The position numbers and the translations under genes were made by a program. Shown here in pieces: positions 48,243-55,698 of a stretch of DNA of 64,000 nucleotides (positions within the stretch are counted from its first letter, which is position 1; the number at the start of each line of letters is the position of its first letter). The notes below the pieces were generated by a model. That model saw nothing but the letters and a program-made list of their open reading frames with translations. It made no database searches and had not been told where the DNA came from. This stretch comes from an uncultured Bacteroidia bacterium (GTDB lineage Bacteria > Bacteroidota > Bacteroidia > J057 > CALAJH01): NCBI GenBank assembly GCA_937922655.1, contig CALAJH010000011.1:100257-164256 (forward strand), read 5' to 3'.

Positions 48243-49532
48243 TTAAAGACTCATGTATTCCATTGTTTTGATTTTGCCCCGAAAAATGCCCTTGATATCC
48301 ACCAATAGGGGTGAATTGGCGTTGCAAATGCTCAAAAAATAGTTTTCGTCGTATTGTTTGTAACTATCGTGGGCGACGGCGACGACGACGGCGTCGTAAT
48401 CGTTGCGGATTTGGGTTTTCAATTCCAAGCCGTATTCGTGGCGTACTTCTTCGGCGTTGGCGTGGGCGTCGACCACGTCCACGTTCAGCATGAACGAACG
48501 CATTTCCTCAATCAAATCCACGACTTTGGAGTTGCGGATGTCTTGTACGTTTTCTTTGAACGTTACGCCCATGACCAACACGTGGGAGTCGCGCATGTTT
48601 TTGCCGAAAGTGATGAGTCGTTTGACGATTTGCCGGCCGATGCGGAAACCCATGTTGTCGTTGATTTCACGGCCCGCAAGAATGACTTTGGCGTGATAAC
48701 CGAGTTCGTTGGCTTTATAGGTCAGATAGTAAGGGTCGACGCCGATGCAGTGGCCGCCGACCAAGCCCGGCGAAAACTTTTGAAAGTTCCATTTCGTTCC
48801 CGCCGCCTCAATCACCTCGTAAGTGTTGAGGCCGATGCGCTGAAAAATGAGCGAAAGCTCGTTCATCAGGGCGATGTTTAAGTCCCGCTGCGTGTTTTCG
48901 ATGATTTTTGCCGCTTCGGCCACTTTTATCGAAGAGGCGCGATGCACCCCCGCTTCGATGACCAGTTCGTATACTTTGGCGATAACGTCCAACGAGGTTT
49001 CGCAACAGCCCGAAACGATTTTGACGGTATTCGAAAGCGTGTGGACGGGGTCGCCGGGGTTGATGCGTTCGGGCGAATAGCCAACGTAAAAATCGTTCGG
49101 AAACTTTAAACCCGACTTTTCGAGTATCGGAATGCAATCCTCCTCGGTACAACCCGGGTATACCGTCGATTCGTAAACGACGTAGTCGCCTTTTTTCAAC
49201 ACCTTCGACAGCGTTTCCGACGCTTTTATCACGGGGGTAAGGTCGGGATTTTTGTGGCGGTCGATAGGCGTGGGGACGGCGACAATGTAAAAGACGGCCT
49301 CGCGCAAATCCTCGGGGTCGGCGGTGAAGTGTATGTCGCATCCTTCAAAAGCTTCCGGGCCAAGTTCGCCGCTTGGGTCCAAGCCTTTTTTCATCATTTC
49401 CACCCGTTGGGCGTTGATGTCAAAGCCGACGACCGATATTTTTTTGGCGAAAAGCAAAGCAATAGGCAAACCTACGTACCCCAAGCCGATGACGGCCAAC
49501 TTTTTCTCCTTGCGGAGAAGCTCTTCGTACAT
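48243..49532 (-). CDS. UDP-N-acetylhexosamine dehydrogenase (WbpO/TviB-like nucleotide-sugar dehydrogenase)
   Basis: IGLGYVGLP, AVPTP, YESTVYPG, YSPERINPGD, AEAAKIIENTQRD, GGHCIGVDPYY, TFKEN..DIRNS; probable ATG 49532. Confidence 0.95.
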   Translation of the reverse strand: MYEELLRKEKKLAVIGLGYVGLPIALLFAKKISVVGFDINAQRVEMMKKGLDPSGELGPEAFEGCDIHFTADPEDLREAVFYIVAVPTPIDRHKNPDLTPVIKASETLSKVLKKGDYVVYESTVYPGCTEEDCIPILEKSGLKFPNDFYVGYSPERINPGDPVHTLSNTVKIVSGCCETSLDVIAKVYELVIEAGVHRASSIKVAEAAKIIENTQRDLNIALMNELSLIFQRIGLNTYEVIEAAGTKWNFQKFSPGLVGGHCIGVDPYYLTYKANELGYHAKVILAGREINDNMGFRIGRQIVKRLITFGKNMRDSHVLVMGVTFKENVQDIRNSKVVDLIEEMRSFMLNVDVVDAHANAEEVRHEYGLELKTQIRNDYDAVVVAVAHDSYKQYDENYFLSICNANSPLLVDIKGIFRGKIKTMEYMSL

Positions 49533-49618
49533 GTTTTTATTATGCTGTGACAAGGCGCAAATATAAAGTTATTTTTAACGGCGACGTATCGAGTTTCGAC
49601 CAACGTCGATTTGACCGC

Positions 49619-49653
49619 ACAAAAAATCGACCCGGGCGGTTGATACCCGGGTC
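49619..49653 (-). terminator. Intrinsic terminator after the SCP2 gene
   Basis: GACCCGGG-N9-CCCGGGTC stem followed by GATTTTTT on the minus strand. Confidence 0.65.
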
Positions 49654-49676
49654 TAGGACTAAAATTTTGCAAATAA

Positions 49677-49973
49677 TTACAGTACCTTGTTGATGTTCAT
49701 GGCGATGGCCATGTTCCCTTCGACCTTGATTTTTCCACTCATGAACGCGGACATCGCGCTCGTTTCCCCGTCCATGATTTGGCGCACGGTATCGGCGGAG
49801 ACCTTGATTACGCAGTCGGCGGGGCCGTTTTCGTTGGAGACGAAATTCGGTACTTTGGAGGCGTCGATAAAAATCGAACCCGTTTCCCCGAGGTCGAATT
49901 TAACCGTGGCGTTGAGGCCGCTGTCGTTCCCTACTTTTTGACGGATGCGCTCCGTCAGATTTTCCAAGCTCAT
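49677..49973 (-). CDS. SCP2 sterol/lipid-binding domain protein
   Basis: ADCVI, AFMSGKIKVEGNMAIAM are the SCP2 signature. Confidence 0.92.
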   Translation of the reverse strand: MSLENLTERIRQKVGNDSGLNATVKFDLGETGSIFIDASKVPNFVSNENGPADCVIKVSADTVRQIMDGETSAMSAFMSGKIKVEGNMAIAMNINKVL

Positions 49974-50406
49974 TCTTTTTATGTTAGGATGGTAATTTCT
50001 TCGTTAATTCTTCTCTTCCAAAAGGTTGCGAAGGGCATGGATTTCAATCTTTCAAGGATTTGAAAAGAATACACCCTTTGCCGCAACTCGTTTTGCCCCA
50101 AGCGGATGGATGTTTTTACACCAACGCCGTATCGGAAACATGCACGCTGAAACGAGCCTTGCGCACGGCAAAATCTTACGTATTGCCCCTTGCCCGATTG
50201 CCATACGGGTATTTCCCATTGCATCGTAGGGGAGACCTTCGCAAAAGTCCCGACGAGCATCTCGAAAATCGAACACGCCTCGCCGCGCTTGTTTTTCGGA
50301 TTCGTTTCAAGACGCGCTTTGACCGATTCCAAGCAATCCCCGCCAAATTTGACCCCGCAAATATAACGCGTAATGGCGGACATACACAAAAAAAAATCCC
50401 AATTTC

Positions 50407-52950
50407 TCAGGGTTTGGATGAGTTTTTTCGTTTAAAGTCAAAATTTACGTCCAAACCGCCGAAAAATCTAAACGGGACTTGGGGTACGCCGAAAAAGTCC
50501 GCCCCCGTGTCGTAGTGGTTGGGGTGAAAATATTTTTGGAACGTGAGGTTTTCAAATTCGACGAAAAGGCGCAAAAACGGCAAAATTTCATAGGAGGCGT
50601 TGAATTCGACGGTGTGATAGCCCGGAAGCGTGGCGCGACGGTAAGGATTTTCGGCGTCCAAGCGGATGGTGCGTTGGGCGCTCATGGCCACCAGCGCCGT
50701 GAACGCCGAGAACTTGTCGTAACGAAAATGCACGCCCGTACGTTGTTGAAATTCGGAAATGTACGGTATTTGTCGTTTGACCCCAAAAAACACTTCCTCC
50801 CCGTTCAGGTAACCGAAGCGTGCGTAAGCCCAAAAGTCTATTTTAGGACCGAAGGACGTGCGATACTGCACATCCAAGTGGCCGCCGTAATTGGTCTGTT
50901 CGCCGTTGTTTACCCGTACTTCGACGTAGGACACGCTATAACCCCTGTCTTGGTTGTTGTAGCGGTTGCCCGTTTCCGCGTCGTTCGATTCAAAATACAA
51001 ATTTGATAGAAAAAGCACGTAGCCCGTTAGCGCGATGCGAAAGTCCCCGATGTTTTGTGCAAAGTTGATTTCGAGGTTGCGGTTGACGATGGGTTTAAGG
51101 TCGGGGTTGGCCAAATGTCGAAAAAACGACGTCCACGACGAGTCTTGCCCGGCTTGGTTTTGTACCCTGACGAACGAGCCGAACTGTTCGTAAGCGTCGA
51201 GCGGCGACGGCGCGTAAAACGCCGAACCGTAAAACAATTTAATCGACGTTTTTTGCGTCGGCGTGAAGACCACGCCCGCGCGGGGATTGAACGTTTCTTG
51301 ATAGCGGGTGTTATAGTCGAGGCGGGCGCCGGCGGTCAAGGCCCATTTTTCCGATGGTTTGTATATCGCCTGAGCGAATACGCCGAAATTGTCGTAGCGC
51401 AGCGAGAAAAACTCCGCCGGCACGTCCGAACCCAAAATGTTTGCCTTCGTCGAGCGCGCCGGCTTAACAGGCCGGTCCAAATCCTCGCCTTTCGGCGTCG
51501 AATAATACGGCTGGTAAACCATCCCGCCCGTTACCTTGAGCTTCCTCCATGAAAAATTGACGACCTGCTCCAAATATCCCATCATGCCGAATGCGAATTT
51601 ATAGCCCGGATTCAGGCCCGAAAACACGTTGCGAAAATTCGATTTCGGATTGAGTTCATAAGTGGAAACCATGGCCGTTGTTGTAAGCGAAACACGGTCG
51701 GAAAGCGTTTTTTCGTGCGTGGCGCTCAGTTTGGTTACCGTATGCTCTTGAAAAACGGCGTGGTTGTAAATGGCGTTGGACGGATAATACCCCGTCGAAC
51801 CCGGGGTGCGCGCCGAATGTCGGACGACGTGAAAGCGAAAGTCCCCCACGGTTAGCAAGCCGTCGATATTGTATCCGAAGCGACGATACCGATAAACGCT
51901 GTCGTAGGCAACGGTCGGGGAAATGGGGCCGAAAATCGTGTTGAACCTACCCGTTCGGTAGTTTTCTATGCTTTTGTATTCTTCGGGATAATATCGCGGC
52001 AAGGATTCGTTGCCGTCGTAAAAATAACTTGCGCCCAAACGGAAGCCTAACTTTTCGTACCGTTTGCCCGCAAGTGCATAGCCGCCGTAGGAATGGTACA
52101 TGCCGGCGCGCACGCCCGCACGCACCCCGTCAATCTCTTCGGGTTTATAGGTTACAAGGTTGATGACCCCGGAGAGTGCGTCCGCCCCGTACAACGCCGA
52201 CGCCGAAGACGACACCATTTCCACTTGTTTGACCATGTACAAGGGAAAGTTTTCGGCCATGGCCAAAGGTTCGTTGGTCGGCGATGAAATTCGCAGTCCG
52301 TCTTGGAGCAAAAGAAACTTTTCCATGCCGCGAATGCCGCGGGTGGTTACGGAATTGTAGTTGCCGGGTTCGGAGCCGTTGTCGATTTTGTATTCGATGT
52401 TGTGGCGGAGAACGTCGGCTAAAAATCGTTGTCCGCGGGCTTGTACTTCTTTGGCCGTGGCAACGTGAATGGTTACGGGCGCATCGAGAATGCGCTGAGG
52501 AACGCGCGAGGCGGTGATGATGACCGTTGCGTCCAAGGTTACGACCTCAAACTCTAAGGCGACGTCCACCGTTGCCCCGTTTTTGGGAATCACCAACCGT
52601 GCGGAATGGTATCCGACGAACGATATTTCAATCTCGACGGTTTCGGGCGCGTCCGTGGGTAGGCGAAACTCAAAGCGTCCGTTTTCGTCGGCGTAGGCGC
52701 CGTAGCTTTGGCCGACGGTTTGTACGGCCGCACCCATGAGCGCCTCGCCCGTTTCCGCGTCGTAAACCTTTCCCGAAACCATGTTTGGCGCTTTGGGCGG
52801 CGACGGCTTTGGTGCGACGCCGGCTTCCCGAGGCGGTGTAGGCGTTTTTAACGTTTTTCGACGCCGTGCTTCCTGTGGAATTTGACCCAACGTTTCCAAA
52901 AACGTAGCGACCGACAACAAACCGACGACGAGCAGTGTGTTTATTTTCAT
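50407..52950 (-). CDS. TonB-dependent receptor with carboxypeptidase-regulatory-like N-domain
   Basis: SGKVYDAETGEALMGAAV..DENGRF, ITASR, SALYGADALSGVINLVT, GARLD, ENL; probable ATG 52950. Confidence 0.9.
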   Translation of the reverse strand: MKINTLLVVGLLSVATFLETLGQIPQEARRRKTLKTPTPPREAGVAPKPSPPKAPNMVSGKVYDAETGEALMGAAVQTVGQSYGAYADENGRFEFRLPTDAPETVEIEISFVGYHSARLVIPKNGATVDVALEFEVVTLDATVIITASRVPQRILDAPVTIHVATAKEVQARGQRFLADVLRHNIEYKIDNGSEPGNYNSVTTRGIRGMEKFLLLQDGLRISSPTNEPLAMAENFPLYMVKQVEMVSSSASALYGADALSGVINLVTYKPEEIDGVRAGVRAGMYHSYGGYALAGKRYEKLGFRLGASYFYDGNESLPRYYPEEYKSIENYRTGRFNTIFGPISPTVAYDSVYRYRRFGYNIDGLLTVGDFRFHVVRHSARTPGSTGYYPSNAIYNHAVFQEHTVTKLSATHEKTLSDRVSLTTTAMVSTYELNPKSNFRNVFSGLNPGYKFAFGMMGYLEQVVNFSWRKLKVTGGMVYQPYYSTPKGEDLDRPVKPARSTKANILGSDVPAEFFSLRYDNFGVFAQAIYKPSEKWALTAGARLDYNTRYQETFNPRAGVVFTPTQKTSIKLFYGSAFYAPSPLDAYEQFGSFVRVQNQAGQDSSWTSFFRHLANPDLKPIVNRNLEINFAQNIGDFRIALTGYVLFLSNLYFESNDAETGNRYNNQDRGYSVSYVEVRVNNGEQTNYGGHLDVQYRTSFGPKIDFWAYARFGYLNGEEVFFGVKRQIPYISEFQQRTGVHFRYDKFSAFTALVAMSAQRTIRLDAENPYRRATLPGYHTVEFNASYEILPFLRLFVEFENLTFQKYFHPNHYDTGADFFGVPQVPFRFFGGLDVNFDFKRKNSSKP

Positions 52951-53054
52951 GGCGCCAAATAATTGCACTTTTTAGGACAAGAATTTAAAATTCGCGCAAA
53001 ATTCGTAAATTTGTACCAACATTCATTGCCGACTTTTTTTAACATTTTTTTGCC

Positions 53055-53807
53055 ATGAACCCAAAAGTTCCGGGAGACGTTTTTTCCGACGTTGCCGACG
53101 ATTACGTCAAGTATCGAACGAGTTATCCCGACGAGTTGATACGTTATGTTTTGGTTTACGTTCGTGGACGCGCCATCGCTTGGGATTGTGCTACCGGAAA
53201 CGGCCAGACGGCTCAAAAACTTGCCGCTTTTTTTGAAAAAGTCTACGCCACCGACGTCAGCGAAAAACAATTGGAACGTGCTCCGCGTTTGGACAACGTC
53301 GTCTATTCCGTAGCTACGACTGAAAATTCGGGTTTGCCCGACCAAAGTTGCGACTTAATCGCCGCGTCGCAGGCCGCCCATTGGTTCGACATACAGGCCG
53401 CCGCCCGCGAATTTCGCCGCGTGGCCAAAAACAACGCCGTCGTCGCGCTTTGGGGATATTCCCCGCCACGGTTTAATCCACAAATCGACACCGTTTTCGA
53501 CGATTTTTATTTCAACGTTTTGGGACCTTATTGGGACGAAAGACGGCGTTGGGTGGACGAGCGTTATCGCACGCTCGATTTTCCTTTTAGGGAAATTCCC
53601 ACGATGGAATTCGTTCATTCGGTCGTCTTTGATTTGGATTCTTTTGCGGGATATTTGCGAACATGGTCGGCGGTGGGCGCTTTCGTCAAAGCCAACGGCC
53701 GCGACCCGGTCGTCGAACTGACCGAAAAACTCAAACCTTTTTGGCAAGGAAAAATTCGCGGCGCTTATCCCATATTTTTACGTATGGGTTACGTGAACGA
53801 CGTTTAA
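53055..53807 (+). CDS. Class I SAM-dependent methyltransferase
   Basis: FS..ADDY..YR..YP, WDCATGNGQ, ATDVS, QAAHWFD, YLRTWSA. Confidence 0.92.
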   Translation: MNPKVPGDVFSDVADDYVKYRTSYPDELIRYVLVYVRGRAIAWDCATGNGQTAQKLAAFFEKVYATDVSEKQLERAPRLDNVVYSVATTENSGLPDQSCDLIAASQAAHWFDIQAAAREFRRVAKNNAVVALWGYSPPRFNPQIDTVFDDFYFNVLGPYWDERRRWVDERYRTLDFPFREIPTMEFVHSVVFDLDSFAGYLRTWSAVGAFVKANGRDPVVELTEKLKPFWQGKIRGAYPIFLRMGYVNDV

Positions 53808-53808
53808 T

Positions 53809-54852
53809 TTAATTTTCGGGGGGCGTTCCCGACAAACTCACTACGTCTTTGAACCCGTATTTTCCCATGAGCAATGCGGTGGCTTGACGGCTTCGTTTTC
53901 CCGTTTGACAATGGACGACGATTTTTTTGTCGCGAGGTATTTCCCCTATTCGCATTTCCAACTCCGCCAACGGAATCAACCTGCCGCCATAGTTCTTTTG
54001 ACGGGCTTCTTCGGGCGTGCGTACGTCGAGCAAAAAGTGTTCTTTGCCTTGTGCTTTCCATTCGATTAAAGTTTTGCGGTCGATTTCGGGTACCGCTCCA
54101 CAAAAATAATCGTAGTCCGAATCGGAAATTGCGCGGCCCGAACGCAACGGATTTTCCGGGTTCGGTGAAAGCGTCAATATCGAGTTTCGGTAGTTAAGTC
54201 CGTCGAAAACGAGGAGTTTGCCTTTGAGGTTTTCACCGATTTGGGTGGCGACTTTAATCGCTTCGGCGGCTTGTAGGGTTCCAATTATCGAAACAAAGGC
54301 GCCGACCGTTCCCGCTTGCGAACAGTCGGGAACGGTTCCCGGGGCGGGGGGATGGGGATAAAGGTCCCGGTAGTGAATGCAAGCGTCGAAAGTTGCCAGC
54401 TGTCCTTGAAACCGAAAAACCGCCGCCGAAACAAGGGTTTTGCCGAGCGTGGCGCATACGTCGCCGCACAAAAAACGCGTGCCAAAGTTGTCGGTGCCGT
54501 CGAGGACGAGGTCGTGGTCGGCGATGAGTTCGCGGGCGTTGCCTTTGTCGAGCGCGGCCTCCAATGCCAAAATTTCCACCTCGGGATTGAAGCGTCGTAG
54601 ACGTTCGGCGGCGAGCAGGGCTTTGGGGCGGCCCTCGTCGCCGGGGCGGTAAAGGTTTTGGCGGTGAAGGTTGGTGGTTTCCACGCGGTCGGGGTCGAGT
54701 ATCGTCAATCGTCCGACGCCGGCGGTAACGAGATGGGTGGCGGCCGGGCATCCCACCCCCCCCGCTCCGACAAGCAATATTTTCGTCCTTCTTAATTTAT
54801 TTTGCGCCTCGGCGCCTATCAGCGTCGTTTGTCTCGCGTAATATTCGTTCAT
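53809..54852 (-). CDS. MoeB/ThiF-family adenylyltransferase with C-terminal rhodanese domain
   Basis: VGAGGVG, TNLHRQ, DGTDNF, PDCSQAG, LLDVR, VVHCQTGKRS; probable ATG 54852. Confidence 0.92.
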   Translation of the reverse strand: MNEYYARQTTLIGAEAQNKLRRTKILLVGAGGVGCPAATHLVTAGVGRLTILDPDRVETTNLHRQNLYRPGDEGRPKALLAAERLRRFNPEVEILALEAALDKGNARELIADHDLVLDGTDNFGTRFLCGDVCATLGKTLVSAAVFRFQGQLATFDACIHYRDLYPHPPAPGTVPDCSQAGTVGAFVSIIGTLQAAEAIKVATQIGENLKGKLLVFDGLNYRNSILTLSPNPENPLRSGRAISDSDYDYFCGAVPEIDRKTLIEWKAQGKEHFLLDVRTPEEARQKNYGGRLIPLAELEMRIGEIPRDKKIVVHCQTGKRSRQATALLMGKYGFKDVVSLSGTPPEN

Positions 54853-54893
54853 AAAACAAAAAACGCTTTCGCGCCCGAAAGGTGCGAAAGCGT
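54853..54893 (-). terminator. Intrinsic terminator after rplY
   Basis: ACGCTTTCGCACC-TTTCG-GGCGCGAAAGCGT stem followed by TTTTGTTTT. Confidence 0.75.
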
Positions 54894-54917
54894 GCAAACA
54901 ATAAGCCGTTGAAACAG

Positions 54918-55502
54918 TTATTTTTTGCCTTTGGCGGCGGCGACGGCTTCCTGACGCAACGCACGGGTTACTTCCACCGAAGCGACGGGAATGTTTTTGA
55001 CCATCGTGATTTCAAGTTTGTCGAAGGAAAGGTCGCCCGTTTTGAGCGATCGTCCCAATCGCAATCCCGAAATGTCTACGTTCAAATGTTGGGGCATGTC
55101 GGTGTAGATGCCTTTGACCGTGATTTTACGGAGTTTTTGCACCAATTTTCCACCCATCAACACCCCGGGCGAGGTTCCTACGAGTTTGACGGGCAAAGAC
55201 ACCTCTACGGGACGGTCTTCGTAAACGCGGACGAAGTCGGCGTGAAGCAGGCTTTCATGGATGGGGTGAAAATCGGTTTGGGAAAGCAGGGCCTTGACTT
55301 TTTCGTCGCCGAAGTCAAGGCTGATGAGAAAAACTTCGGGAGTATAAATGGCTTTGGCAATTTGCTTGCTTTCGACGGCGAAGTGGGTCGCTTGGCCTTT
55401 GCCGTACAAAGCGCAGGGCACCCAACCCTCTTTGCGAAGCGCTTTTGTCGCCGTTTTTCCCAAATCCGTTCGTTTGACGGCTTTTATTTCTATGGACAAC
55501 AT
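54918..55502 (-). CDS. rplY: 50S ribosomal protein L25/Ctc (long form)
   Basis: GKTATKALRKEGWVPCALYG, HPI..LLHADF, PVKLVG.SPGV..GG, VDISGL; ATG 55502. Confidence 0.96.
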   Translation of the reverse strand: MLSIEIKAVKRTDLGKTATKALRKEGWVPCALYGKGQATHFAVESKQIAKAIYTPEVFLISLDFGDEKVKALLSQTDFHPIHESLLHADFVRVYEDRPVEVSLPVKLVGTSPGVLMGGKLVQKLRKITVKGIYTDMPQHLNVDISGLRLGRSLKTGDLSFDKLEITMVKNIPVASVEVTRALRQEAVAAAKGKK

Positions 55503-55523
55503 ATCCCCGGTGAATTTAGGCCG

Positions 55524-55531
55524 CAAAGTTA
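55524..55531 (-). promoter_or_regulatory. Bacteroidota -7 element (TAACTTTG) for rplY
   Basis: Matches TAnnTTTG upstream of rplY. Confidence 0.65.
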
Positions 55532-55698
55532 CGTATTTTTTCTATTCGCAACCCCTTTCCGTTTATGTGCTTGTAAAACGGCTTGTATGGATTGGGCGCC
55601 AAGGCGCACAATCGTTGTGGGGATTGGCGCACGCCAATTCACAAATTCTTCACCGTTTCTCCGGATTTTCGGCGTATTTTTGCGAAAATTTAAAAACC

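Noticed and set aside
55348-55698. N-terminal extensions in the ORF track (M28; likewise 15340-16668, 16057, 29365, 24733, 25421)
   Set aside because: They overlap neighbouring genes; downstream ATGs fit signal peptides, family N-termini and promoter positions
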